Below are positions 1 to 11,936 of a DNA stretch of 64,000 nucleotides, piece after piece. Every line of letters begins with the position of its first letter. The first letter of the stretch is position 1. Under the pieces are notes generated by a model. The model was not told the origin of the DNA and made no database searches. It worked only from the letters and a program-made list of their open reading frames with translations. Both the position numbers and the translations under genes were made by a program. Origin of the DNA: Leucoraja erinacea (lineage: Eukaryota). The DNA lies in contig NC_073385.1 of the NCBI RefSeq assembly GCF_028641065.1, positions 59,148,001 through 59,212,000 on the forward strand, given 5' to 3'.

Positions 1-278
1 TGACATTCTAATAACTCTGGCACTGGCCACTCAAATCAGCTGCCCTGGACATTTTAATGATTGTTTTTACTGTATTTTAATGTTGCTCTTTTTACCTGCT
101 TTTAACTATTTATACTGTTTCATCAGGGACTGGATTGTTTTTACTGTTATTATGTGTGAAATGTTTTAAGTTTCATGTGCGATGCTCCGGTATTCCCTGG
201 GAAACGTCTTCTCATTTTGCACTGTACAACTGTTGCTTTGCAAGATGACAATAAAGGTTGATTGATTGATTGATTGAT

Positions 279-880
279 ATTTACCCAGGAAAAAGACAAT
301 AGGATGGAGGAAATTGGAGCAGTCACTGGAAGTGTCTTGAGAGCAGTCAGGGTTACCGTCAAAGAAGTACTGAAGGTACTGTCGTGTATGAAGGAAGACA
401 AATCTCCACGGCCTGATCAGATATATCCGAGGACATTGCGATAAACTAGAGGAAATTGAGGGAGCCCTGGTTGAAATTTACGAGTCGTCCTTAAATACAG
501 GAGAGGTGCCGGAAGACTGGAGGGTGGCAAATGTTGTGCCTCATTTCAAGAAGGGCTGCAGGAAAAATGCTGGGAACTATAGGCCGGTGAGCTTAACATC
601 TGTAGCTGATAAATTACTGGAGAGTATTCTGACAGATAGGTTATACAGGCATTTGGATGGGCAAGGGCTAATTAAGGACAGTCAGCATGGTTTTGTATGT
701 GGGAGGTCATGTCTCACAAATCTGATTGATTGTTTTGAAGATGTGACCAAAAAGGTTGATGAGGGCAGAGCTGTAGATATTGTATACATGGACTTCATTT
801 CAGTAATGCGTTCGACAAGGTTCCGCATGGTAGTCTGCTCTGGAAGGTTAGATCGCATGGGATCCAAGGAGAGATGGAAA
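279..880 (+). mobile_element. CR1-type LINE ORF2 (reverse transcriptase) fragment
   Basis: PEDWRVANVVP..KKG....GNYRPVSLTSV...SQHGFV.GRSCLTNLI...AVDIVYMDF, typical CR1 RT; frameshifted. Confidence 0.9.
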
Positions 881-1629
881 TATTCTCTCCACGTATGAAT
901 TACAGGATCGCATAGACCCTTGGGCCAACTTCACCTGATGACCCTAATACTAGTCACCATGATCTGGACTCCACTGCTTGAGAGCGTGATGGAATCAGAT
1001 TTAATAGTAGTTTTCAAACAGGGAAACATTTACTGGATGAGGAGTAGAAATAGAATTAATTAGATAGCACGGCGAGAGCAAGGCACTGCTACAACGTCAT
1101 CTTTCTGGGTAGAGTCTCCCGTTACCATCCTGGACCCCCCCATTGTCATTATCTGATCAGAAACTCAACTGGACTGCACACACAAATACAGTTTCAGTTA
1201 CATTTATTGTCACGTGTACTAAGGGACAGTGTCCAAGCTTTTGTTGTGTGCTATCCAGTCAGTGGAAAGACAATACATGATTACAATCGAGCCATTTGCT
1301 ATTAGATACATGATAAGGATGGTACTGCGGCGTCAAGAGCAGGCCAGAGATTGGGTGTCTGCAAGGCACAATCCAGGAGTGTGATGAAACATTGTCCGCT
1401 TCCAGCAGCTCCAACGACACTCAAGAGAATCTACACCATCCAGATCAAAGCTGCTGCTTGCTCGGCACCCCATCCTGCATTCTAAACATTCAATCCCTCC
1501 ACACAGTGGCAACATTATCTACCAACTACAAAATGATGAATAGTTACTCATCCAGGTTACTCCCATTGCCATCCCCATGGGACTAAGGAGAAGGCAGAAG
1601 GTGCAGTGGATCGCCACCACCTGCAAGTT

Positions 1630-2015
1630 CATAGGGTCATAAGTGAGAGGAGTAGAATTAAGCCATTCGGCCCATCAACTCCACCCCACCATTCAATCAT
1701 GGCTGATATATATCTCCCTCCTAACCCCATTCTCCTGCCTTCTCCCCATAACCCCTGTATGATACTAATCAAGAATCTATCTATTTCTGCCGTAAAAATA
1801 CCCAACTGACTTGGCTTCCACAGCCTTCTGTGGCAAAAACTCCACAGATTCAACACCAACTACAGACATTTCTCCTCATCTCCTTCCTAAAAGAACATCC
1901 TTTAATTCTGTGGATATGACCTCTAGTCCTAGACTCTTCCGCTAGTGGAAATGTCCTCTCCATATCCACTTTATCCAAACCTTTCACTATTCTGTACGTT
2001 TCAATGAGATCTCCT
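1630..2015 (-). mobile_element. CR1-type LINE 3' end
   Basis: Reverse complement of the CR1 3' tail (cagccatgattgaatgg...gggccgaatggc) seen repeatedly in this window. Confidence 0.75.
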
Positions 2016-2209
2016 CCAAGTCATGTAGGAGGTAAAACCATGCTTCATCATTGGTGGGTCAACACTTTGGATCTCTCTCCCTGATAATACCATGGACGTC
2101 CCTTCACCAGAGGGATGGATGGCAGTGGTTCAAAAAAGTGGGTCACCACCACCACCTGCCCAAGGGCAATTAGGGATAGGTGGTGATGCCTAGATCCTGA
2201 AAATAAAAA

Positions 2210-2310
2210 GAGGTCTGAAGAAGGGTCTCAACCCGAAACGTCACCCATTCCTTCTATCCACAGATGCTGCCTGTCCTGCTGAGTTACTCCAGCATTTTGT
2301 GCCTATCTTC
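2210..2310 (+). mobile_element. Penelope-derived short element with hammerhead core
   Basis: CTGAAGA-AGGGTCTCAACCC-GAAACGTC at 2215-2242 followed by the family tail; flanked by (G)AAATAAAA repeats. Confidence 0.75.
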
Positions 2311-2532
2311 GAAATAAAATTAAATATAGCTTGACAAATAAATTTGTCAATATTGAGAAATTTATTCTTAGTCTGTGCTATAAATTATTTAATGGCCTAT
2401 TTTGAAGATCAATAATAAATAAGTAGAAACATTTAAATTTTATTTTTGCAGGTAGCGTAAAGAGTTCAGGTGAACAAAGGAGGGGCATAGGAGTAGACGG
2501 TTGGGAGATCGAACAGCAAAGGAGAACAGGAA

Positions 2533-2715
2533 TGTGTAGGAAGAAACTGCAGATGCTGGTTTACACTGAAGATAGACACAAAATGCTGCAGTAACTCAAA
2601 CGGGTCAGGCAGCATCTAGAAAAGGAATAGGTCTCGACCCAAACTGTCACCTTTTCCTTTTTTCCAGACATGCTGCCTGACCCGCTGAGTTATTCCAGCA
2701 TTTTGTGTCTATCAT
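2533..2715. mobile_element. Penelope-derived fold-back element
   Basis: Two inverted copies of the family tail; 13-bp TSD AGGAGAACAGGAA at 2520-2532 and 2716-2728. Confidence 0.75.
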
Positions 2716-4589
2716 AGGAGAACAGGAAGTTGGAAGACAGGGGGAAGAGGGGTAGAGAGAGGAGGGAGGTGAGGAAATGGACATGAGGAAGGAAGTCCAA
2801 ATAACGAATGGCAGAGGCTGGGAGGAGAAACAGACAAAGGGGAAAGCACTTGGCATGTCAGACGGTGCCTGCAGAAGGAGCAGTACACAGTTGAGGTTCC
2901 AGGTCACTGACATTTCCCCGAAAGGAGCAGAAATGAAACAAGTTTTCAGTTGCAGTGAAAGGTGGTGTGGGGAGTAGAGGGCAAGGGGCGTGTCAATGAC
3001 TGATAATCAGATGGCATGTGGGCAGGCACCAGCATTACAAGTGGTGACGGTGAAGGAGGGCAGAAAGTGTGGTCTGGAGTCAGTGTAAGCGAGGAGACGA
3101 GCTAAGCGGAGGCTCAGTATCAGTATCAGTATCAGTATATCTTTATTGTCATTTCCTGAGTACTCATATACCCAGAGGAAACAAAAAAACGTTGCTCAAC
3201 CAGTGTCCATTCAGTGTGCAGTACAAATAACAACAAGTAAATAGAAATAAAAATACATATATCATGAACAAATTAAATTAAACACTACTCTCTACTAAAC
3301 ATCAACAGGCGTTCCGATCGACAGCTGCTGCAGTGTGTCCAGGTTGGTGGTTGGTGCGTGATACTTTGGCAGGGGGCTAAGTCCGTTTATCAGTCTTATA
3401 GCCTGCGGGAAGAAGGCTTCTCACGAGGCGGAGAGAGGAATTACGTAGAGAGGAGGAAGGAAAAAAGCCGAAATGTGAGGTGCAAGACCTGATGTTCACA
3501 AAATGTTTCAATCAATGTGCAATCCTCTGGGTATCTCTTGTCAGCTGAAGGATAAACACAAAATGCCATGATGACGAGAGGACAGAAATTACTCTCTGAG
3601 TTGGGGTAAGGATGATTTCAATATCACAAAACAGGACCATAAAAGTAGACCAGCGGCAACGACTGACAGTAAACCCACATCTAACAAGTCGAAACAGAAT
3701 GAGTGAAAATTCAGGCCATCATAAGGATCAATGGACTAAACAGTAAATTCAAGGATCTTTTTACACAAGGGTTGGTGGGGGTATGGAACAAGCTGCCAGA
3801 GGAAGTAATTGAGTCAGGGACTATTCCAACATTTAAGAAACAGACATGTTACATGGATATGGACCAAGCGCGGGCAGGTGGGACTGGTGTACCTGGGACA
3901 TGTTGGCCTGTGTGGGCAAGTAGGGCCGAAGGGCCTGTTTCCACATTGTATCACTCGATGATCTAGGATGTGAGGGATATCAGGAACTTGGTAAAGAAAA
4001 GAATGGAAGCAGCTCTGGAGAACTGAAAATAGGGGAGACTACACCTTCAGAGGTATGGAAAGCGTGGGGGATGGTACTTAGAGAGATTAGCAGGGCAAAG
4101 GGCACTACAAAATATCACTGGTAGATAGAATTAAGGGAAATCCCAATGTTTTTAATGTATATTAAGAACCAGATGGAAAGCAGAAAGAGGGTAGGGCTCA
4201 TTAAGGACCAAGACGCAATCTGTGCGTGGAGCTGGAGGACGTAGATGAGGACCTCACTGAATAGTTGTGTGTTTACTGAGGAGAAGGACATGGTAGTTGC
4301 AGAATTCAGAGAAGGTGATGATGACATTCTCGAACACGTTATCAGCAAAAAGTGAGTATTAGATGTCTCAAGAGACTTATAGATGGAAAAATCTCCAGTG
4401 CCTTAGATGTCTGCAGCCCTATCAGACCCAAGTAGAAGAGAAACAAGTTTGTTGAGGTAAAGGAGAAAGTGGTGGAGCAGTGGGTGGGACAAAGGGAATT
4501 TATTTTATGTTGCAGCATGGCCAACAGGAACACGCACTGCTGGCTAGGAAATACAAAATGAAAGGAAAAGACTGAGAGGAGCAGAAATG

Positions 4590-5700
4590 GCCTCACACCA
4601 GTGGGGGCTCAGCGATTGAGTTGCCAGAGACCAGGGTTCAATCTTGACTGTATGGAGTTTGTACATTATGGAGTTTGTACATTCTCCCTGTACCCCCACA
4701 TGGGTTTTCCCCGGGAGCTTTGTGGGTTAATTTGCTTCTGTAAATTATCCCTAGTGTCGAGGTTAGAACTAGTGTATGGGGATTGCTGGGGTGCTGCATT
4801 GATGGCAGCCTCCGTCTGTTTTTCCATCTTTTTAGTAATTTTTAGTTTGTTTAAAAAGTATGTGTTGCAGTTTCCTAGTATTTTTATGTGGGGGAGGTGG
4901 GTAGGGTAAAGGAGAAACCGTTTCCCAGGCACTTCCTGGCGAGGATGCGACTGTTTCCCGAGTTGCATCATCACCCGCCCCCCCCCCCGGCCTACCATTT
5001 GAATTGGCGAGGCCTTTCCTGCCGGAGACCGGAGACCGGCCAGAGCTTCAGCAGCGGTGCAGCGCTGGATACATCGCGGAGCGGGCGATGCCTTACCTAG
5101 GATCGCCGTTTGAAGTTCCGGAGTGTTGAGCCTGCTGCTTCAACATTGGGGAGCTGTGGTTTGCGGAGCTCAGCCGCGGGCAGCTCTGACTTTAACATCG
5201 CAGAGTCCTGGGATCCCTCTGCCGAGGGTCGCCAGTGTGAATCTCCGCCCAGCTCGGAGTGGACTTCGGGAGCCGCAGTCTCCGGTAGGAAGTGGCCGAT
5301 TCTGAACGCCAAGCCGCTGAGGGTGTTCTTCCGTTCCGAGGTCGGAGTTCCATCATCCCGGCGAGAGGGCCTGAACATCGGGCCTCCCGTAGCGGCGACT
5401 GCGGAGGCCTCGATAGGCCCCGACCATGGGTGAACATCAAAGAACATCAAGAGGAGGATGACTGAACTTTGGTGCCTTCCCTCACAGTGGGAAACTTTGA
5501 TTCCGCTGTGTGGGGATGTTTATGTTAAAGACTATCGTGTTCTGTGCTTTTTTTATTCGTCTGGGGTCACCATACGGATGGGTGTATGTACCAATTGGTG
5601 TATGTGACAATACATGTCTCTTGTCTCTCTTGTCTTGGTCGGCGTGGACTTGGTGGGCTGAAGGGCCTATTTCCGCGCTGTATTTCTAAACTAGACTAAA
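4590..5700 (+). mobile_element. tRNA-derived SINE interrupted by an ~840-bp CpG-rich unclassified retroelement (~4790-5636)
   Basis: SINE 5' half (4590-4790) and 3' half (ggtcggcgtggact...ctaaactagactaaa, 5637-5700) match the intact SINE at 53395; the insert ends tgacaatac + (tgtct)n tail. Confidence 0.6.
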
Positions 5701-7315
5701 GGTAGGGCATGTTATCTAATGTTGGAAAATTTCATATCAGCTGCAACAAGCCCAGACAAAAGATAAAGTGTTGTTCGTAGAGCTGGTGTTGGGTCTTATT
5801 GTAGCGCTGCAGGACACCAAGACAGAAAGGTCAGAGTGGAAGTGGGGAAGGGGGTGATTTCACCGGTGGCAGGTGACCACCCACGTGCCCCAAAATTCTC
5901 AGGTCCACATCCGGTGGGAAAAATCGCATCTCTGCGGACTGAAAACGCGCAAATGCAATTTACTTGCAAAGCACTGTGAGGCACAGCCGATCCTAGATTT
6001 ACAGTCTAATGTAAATTCAAGAGGACTGAAGGTGCCTATCCATGGTGAAGGAGCCGACAATGGGGATGCAGTACAAAATTGGGAAATTCGCGTTTTCCCG
6101 CTGTTCCATCATTTTTATTCATTTGTTAATGTTTTTTAAAAGTGAAAAATCCTCGCTATTCAAAATCGTCCGTCCTGAGGTTGGACGCAAGCCTCTGAAG
6201 CTGCATTTACCATTTAAATGGAACACCAATGCACAGATGTCGCAATAGATGATGCTGTGTTGGAGCAGGACATTTTAGCTTTGCCAGGATAACTTCCAAT
6301 GTTTCCAGCCTGCACATGCGACATAAGTTGTTTGGACGCTATTTGCTTTGGGGCTTTTAAATACCTCGGCAATTGTCGGCTCCTGGACTTCCGTGGAGAG
6401 GCACCTTCAGTTCCCTCTTGAATTTACCTTACTTGATCATCTTTTTTTCCCCTGTAAATCAGAGCTGTGCCCACAGTCACCCCGATTGCACCAGTAAATT
6501 GGCTCTCATTAGAATAGAATAGTTTTTTCTTTTTCCCATCATTGTAACATGAACCATGTACAACGAAATTTAAAATTTTGGTCACGTGGGTCGGATCCAC
6601 GCCAGTGACCTTTAGTGAAATCACCCTATACCGGTGGCAACCACATTTGGTTCTAAAAGCTAACGATACGTACAAGATAAAATATTAAAAGATAAACAAC
6701 TAAAATAAATATCATGAAAATAGCACGCATAAACACCCAACCCTCCATCCTTCTGTCGATTTCACAGTGTACCACAGTCCCTTAGTATGTATCGCCCCTG
6801 CGTTCCTTGGCGGGAGAAGTAGAGGTGAATCAATTACATCTTTCCCATCAGATGCCCGTTTGTTGATTGCTGCCAGGGGTATTACAAGCTGAGTGAGCTT
6901 GTGCCCCTCGACATGGAATATACAAGAGATGAGTGTTTGCCACACACACACGAGCAGCAGACTGAGAAAGAGTTGGTTGTATCACCAGTGCAATATTGTC
7001 GCTATCTAATATCTGGATCATTGGAAGATAAAATTCTACTGGGCTAGCAGAGACAAATGGGGATGACCGTTCAGGGGAGAGTAGCAGCAGCCAGATGTGT
7101 GGCACCGGGACTGGCTCTGAGGCACAGAGGGGTAGGGTGAATTCATGCAGAGTGATAGTGATAGAGGACTCAGTGGGGGAGGGCCACAGTCTAAAGTTTA
7201 GGGGATAGACAGGAGATTCTGTGGCAGCACACGGGACTCCAGGATGGTCTGTTGCCTTCCTGGTGCCAGGGTCCCAGATATCTTGGAGCAGCTGCAGAAC
7301 ATTCTCAAGGGGGAG

Positions 7316-7735
7316 ATGCTGCTGCACTCGCTGAGTTTCTCCAGCAATTTTGTGTACCTTCGATCTTCCAGCATCTGCAGTTCCTTCTTGAACACTTTGA
7401 CTACTTCACTGCGATATCTCCTCAAGGTATGCCTACTTTGAAGAAGTTCTCCTCCTCTCTAACTGCACCAACACCGGAAATTGGAGGAGCAGCACCTCAT
7501 ATTCCGCCTGGGCAGCTTGCGTCCTGCTAGCCCTTGCTGTCTCCTCCCCTTCCTTAACCCTCGAGCTGTCTCCTCCCATCCCCCCGCCCTCGGGCTCCTC
7601 CTCCTCCCTTTTTCCTTCCTTCTCCCCCCCACCCCCCATCAGTCTGAAGAAGGGTTTCGGCCCGAAACATCGCCTATTTCCTTCGCTCCATAGATGCTGC
7701 TGCACCCGCTGAGTTTCCGCAGCAATTTTGTGTAC
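7316..7735 (+). mobile_element. Non-autonomous Penelope-like element with terminal direct repeats, GIY-YIG C-terminal remnant and hammerhead motif
   Basis: 16-bp TSD CATTCTCAAGGGGGAG (7300-7315 and 7736-7751); RKLEEQHLIFRLGSLRP; CTGAAGA-AGGGTTTCGGCCC-GAAA at 7644-7667. Confidence 0.85.
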
Positions 7736-8396
7736 CATTCTCAAGGGGGAGGGTGGGCAGCCAGAAGCCATTGTGCACATTGACACAAATGACATAGATA
7801 GGATAAGGGATAAATGTCCTGCTGAGTGAATATAGGGAGATGCCAGATCTCAAGGGTGGTGTACCCCTAGATTACTACCTACAGAGGAGGATTAATAAAT
7901 TGGAATGATGAAGATAGCACATCTTGAGGCAGACAACATTCCCATGGAATTGTTCACCTGATCTGGATCACTGCCTCATGAATGTGAGGGTAGCCATAGG
8001 AGAATAGGACAGATGAATGCATGACTGAGGAGTTGGTGCAGGGGACAGGGAATCAAATCAGATTTTTGGGTCTTTTCTGGGGCAGGGATGACCTCCACAA
8101 GAGGGACAAAGTTGCACCTGAACTGGTGGGGCACCAACATCCTTGCTGGGAGGTCTGATAGTGCTACTCGGGAGGGTTTAAACTGTAATGGCAGGGGAGT
8201 GGGATCCAGAGCGGCAGGTCAACAAATGGAAGGGGTGATGAGAAAGTTGAGGTTATGACAAGGTAATCTCAAAGGAAGGACAGGCAGGGAAAGATTCATG
8301 AATATGGGGATAAGGAAGGGCAGAAGTGTGTTTACTTCCATGCAAGGAGTATTGTGAGTAAAGCTGATGCACTTAGATCCTGGATTAGTGCTTGGG

Positions 8397-9640
8397 TTTT
8401 TTTTTTTTAATTTCAAAATAGACTTTATTCAAGTAATAAATATATACAATACAGGAACCATGCAAAAAATTAATCGGACATTCTCGGAGGCTATACAAAC
8501 ATTCAATACTGTTTACACAAATTTATCCCCCACCCTTGCCACTCATGTGGCCCACTGGCGTGGAATCCCTTCCCTTATTTTTGAGGGGCTTCTCCACCAC
8601 ACCCTGTCCCCCATGTCCAGCAGTGGAAGGACTTTAGATTGTGGTCCTCCCCCAATGAGCCTTGGCATTGGCTGCACCGAGCTTCAGTGCATCCCTCAGC
8701 ACGTACTCCTGCAATCTGAAGCGGGCCAGTCAGCAACATTCCTGGGCGGACATCTCGCTCAGTCCTCTGGGACAGAGATGTTCGGAATAAATCGTGACAG
8801 GGACCTTTGCAAACCTCTCCACATTCTGCAAAGAGGTGGGCAACCGTCCCCTCTCCATAGCAGCCGTCCCGAGGGCGGCATGCACTGGTAGTGAGGTTTC
8901 CGACGGTACAGGAAGGATCTGACTGGGAGGGCTCCAGTCATCGCCAGCCAAGCCAGGTCTTGGTGCTTGTTGGTGAGTTCTGGCGATGAAGCATTTTGCC
9001 AGACAAGCTGGGCAGTCTGCTCTGGGAACCACGACACAGGATTCATGGAGTCATTTCCCTGCAGGACATTCCGTGCTGACCAGTGCCCGATGGACTTGTG
9101 GTCAAACGTGTTCATCCGGAAGAACCTTTCCACGTACGACAGATGGGGCGGCAATGTCCAGCTGACTGGCACATTGCGTGATATTTGCGCCAGGCCCATC
9201 TTTCGCAACACCGGGGGCTTGTAGAACCTCAGCAGGTAGTGACACTTGGTGCCCACGTGCCTTGGCTCTATGCTCCACCTGATGCAGCCACACACGAAGG
9301 TGGCCATCGTGGTGAGGGCGACGTTGGGCACCCTTTTACCCCCGTTGTCTGCCGACTTGTGCATTGTGGCCCGTCGCACCCAGTCTATCCTTGGCCCCCG
9401 GATGAAGTGGAAGACGGCCCGGGTGATCCCTGTGGCGTAGGAGGGAGGGACAGGCCACACTTGCACCAAGTACAGCAGCCCCGAGAGCACCTCACACCTG
9501 ATGACCAAATGTTTTCCCGTTATGGAGAGGGAGCATTACTTCCACAGCTCCAGTTTCTTCCCCACCTCCAGCCAATTCTTGTCACACAGCTCAGGCCCCC
9601 CCGAACCAGATCCCCAAGCACCCTCAAGAAGTCAGGCTTG
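8397..9640 (-). mobile_element. Tx1/L1-clade LINE 3' fragment inserted into CR1 ORF2
   Basis: ORF 8759..9508 (VLSGLLYLVQVWPVP...RVRRATM-like...GG.RVPNV...QDLAWLA..GALPVR) resembles the Tx1-type post-RT region; minus-strand AATAAA and poly(A) tail at 8397-8430. Confidence 0.75.
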
Positions 9641-10003
9641 ATGGTGATGATGATGTTGTGTCCATTATGGAAACTTGGTTGTGAGAGGGACACGACTGGC
9701 AGCTCAATGTGTCTGGGTTTCTATATTTCAGATGAGATAGAGCGGGGGTAAAGAGGAGGAAGAGCTGGTTTGGTTATCAGGGAGAATATCACGGTGGTAT
9801 TCAGAGAGCATGTACAGGACGAGACGTCTAATGAGGCATTATGGTTTGAGCTCAAAAATATGAAAGGAGCAATTACTCTAATGGGATTATATTATCGCCC
9901 ATCCAATAGCCAGTGGGAGACAGATTACAGAAGGATGCAAGTACCACAGGGTTATTGTGGATGACTTTAACTTCCTCAGTATTGACTGTATTACTTGGGG
10001 CAT

Positions 10004-10378
10004 TGGATCATTGCACGATAAAACTCCACTGGGCTAGCAGAGACAAGTGGGGACGACCGTTCAGGGGAGAGCAGCAGCAGCCAGGTGTGTGGCACCTGAC
10101 TTGACTCTGAGGCACAGAGAGGTAGGGTGATGTCAGGCAGAGTGATAGTGAAAGAGACTCAGTAGTTAGGGAGATAGACAGGAGATTCTGTGGCAGCACA
10201 TGGGACTCGAGGCTGGTCTGTTGCCTCCCTGGTGCCAGGGTCCTGAATATCTTGGAGCAGCTGCAGAACACTCTCAAGGAGGAGGGTGGGCAGCCAGAAG
10301 TCATTGTGCACATTGACACAAATGACATAAATAGGAAAAGGGATAGGATCCTGCAGAGTGAACATAGGGAGATGCCAA
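10004..10378 (+). repeat. Duplicate of the CR1 ORF1 segment 7014-7846 lacking the Penelope insert
   Basis: Near-identical gggctagcagagaca...ctcaagga ggagggtgggcagccagaag...agggagatgcca, uninterrupted. Confidence 0.8.
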
Positions 10379-10499
10379 TAGGTTGAAAATTGTCCTAAGT
10401 GTTTAAGATAGAGCTAGTGTGCGGGGGTGATCGCTGGTCGGCGTGGACTTGGTGGGCTGGAGGGCCAGTTTCCATGCTGTATCTCTAAATTCTAAAACT

Positions 10500-10822
10500 G
10501 CAACTTAGACCGCACACAAACTGGAGAAACAGCACCTCGTATTCTGCTTGGGTAGCTTACAACCCAGTTGGATAAACATTGAATTCTCCAATTTAGGCAA
10601 CAGCCTCCTCCCCCCCCCCCCCCCTTAACTGTGCCCAACCCGGGTACAAAACCATTTCCCCCACAATCCTACCCCTCCCCTCTCCTCCCCTCCCCTTCCA
10701 CTCACATTCCCTTCCCTGGCTTCACATTTCACATCCCCTCCACTTAAATCTGACACGATTTAAATCTGACATAAATTTGAATTATTTTCAGCAATCTACC
10801 ACCAAAACCTGCCCCTCACCTG
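10500..10822 (+). mobile_element. Penelope-like 3' fragment (GIY-YIG end and pyrimidine-rich 3' UTR)
   Basis: HKLEKQHLVFCLGSLQPSWINIEFSN; continues after the Rex1 insert at 11637. Confidence 0.7.
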
Positions 10823-11636
10823 GTCGATGGTTGAAAGGGTCAAGAGCTTCAAATTCCTGGGCTTGCACATCTCTGAAGATCTTTCCTGGTCCGAGAACAC
10901 TAATGCAATTATCAAGAAAGCTCACCAGCGCCTCTACTTCCTGAGAAGATTACGGAGAGTCGGTTTGTCAAGGAAGACTCTCTCTAACTTCCACAGGTGC
11001 ACAGTAGAGAGCATGCTGACCGGTTGCATCGTGGCTTGGTTCGGCAATTTGAGCGCCCTGGAGAGGAAAAGACTACAAAAAGTAGTAAACACTGCCCAGT
11101 CCATCATCGGCTCTGACCTCCCTTCCATCGAGGGGATTTATCGCAGTCGCTGCCTCAAAAAGGCTGGCAGTATCATCAAAGACCCACACCATCCTGGCCA
11201 CACACTCATCTCCCAGCTACCTTCAGGTAGAAGGTACAGGAGCCTGAAGACTGCAACAACCAGGTTCAGGAATAGCTACTTCCCCACAGCCATCAGGCTA
11301 TTAAACCTGGCTCGGACAAAACTCTGATTATTAATAACCCATTTTCTGTTATTTGCACTTTATCAGTTTATTTATTCATGTGTTTATATATTAACATTAT
11401 GGTATATGGACACATTTATCTATTTTGTAGTAAATGCCTACTATTTTCTGTGTGCTGAATTAAAGCAAGAATATCATTGTCCTATACAGGGACACATGAC
11501 AATGTTTGTGTAAATTGTGTTGTTTCTTGGTTCTTTTTCTTGTGCGTATAACTGCAGAAACCAAATTTCAATGAGGTTGAAATGGCACAAATAAATTGTA
11601 TTGTATTGTATTGTAATAAACTCACTTGAACTTGAA
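10823..11636 (+). mobile_element. Rex1/Babar-type LINE 3' fragment (5'-truncated), with a nested (ATTGT)n-tailed fragment in its 3' UTR
   Basis: ORF 10827..11327 VERVKSFKFLG..ISEDLSWS....KKAHQRLYFLRRL...CTVESMLTGCI.AWFG...LPSGRRYRS; aataaa + (cttgaa)2 tail; 8-bp TSD CTCACCTG at 10815-10822 and 11637-11644. Confidence 0.85.
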
Positions 11637-11659
11637 CTCACCTGTGTCCACCTGTCACT

Positions 11660-11824
11660 CGCCAAGGGGGGAGGGGCAGGGCCAAGCCCAAGCTCCTCCC
11701 CCTGCCCCTGCGGCCTGCGGTGATTGGTCGGTGGGCGTGACCGCGGGCCGCCGCTGTTTCCGGTCGGGTCGGGCCGCTGTTTCCGGTCGGGCCGCTGCTC
11801 CACCATGAGCAACGATCTTTGACC
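11660..11824 (+). promoter_or_regulatory. VPS18 CpG-island promoter / 5' UTR
   Basis: GC-rich; GGGGAGGGG GC-box, reverse CCAAT (GATTGG ~11722), tandem GCCGCTGTTTCCGGTCGGG repeats with ETS-type TTCCGG cores, directly upstream of the ATG. Confidence 0.7.
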
Positions 11825-11936
11825 ATGAGTTCCATCCTGGACGACTACGAGGATTCGCAGGCTCGGGCCCGCCTGCGGCCCACCGGCCTCTCCCACCAGC
11901 ACCAACAGCGCGGCGGCAGCGGCATCGGACAGTCCG
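11825..11936 (+). CDS. VPS18: VPS18 (CORVET/HOPS core subunit) coding exon 1
   Basis: MSSILDDYEDSQARARLRPT...GIGQS(G) resembles the vertebrate VPS18 N-terminus (MASILDEYE...); lies in a CpG island; donor G|GTAGCG at 11937, phase 1. Confidence 0.9.

Larger units (their letters stand above)
7014..10000 (+). mobile_element. Degenerate CR1 LINE (ORF1 esterase end and ORF2 endonuclease start), split by nested insertions
   Basis: RRFCGSTRDSRMVCCLPGARV...NILKGE|GGQPEAIVHIDTNDI (CR1 ORF1 SGNH-like); ORF2 EALWFELKNMKGAITLMGLYYRP. Confidence 0.8.

Noticed and set aside
4787-4830. Second HDV-like ribozyme (CAG-CCTCCGT-CTG resembles P3/L3)
   Set aside because: No P1 3' strand follows P3; it folds only as a simple hairpin
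5097-5450. Overlapping 100-117-aa ORFs in CpG-rich DNA
   Set aside because: Inside a repeat insertion, GC-driven, with no splice or homology support
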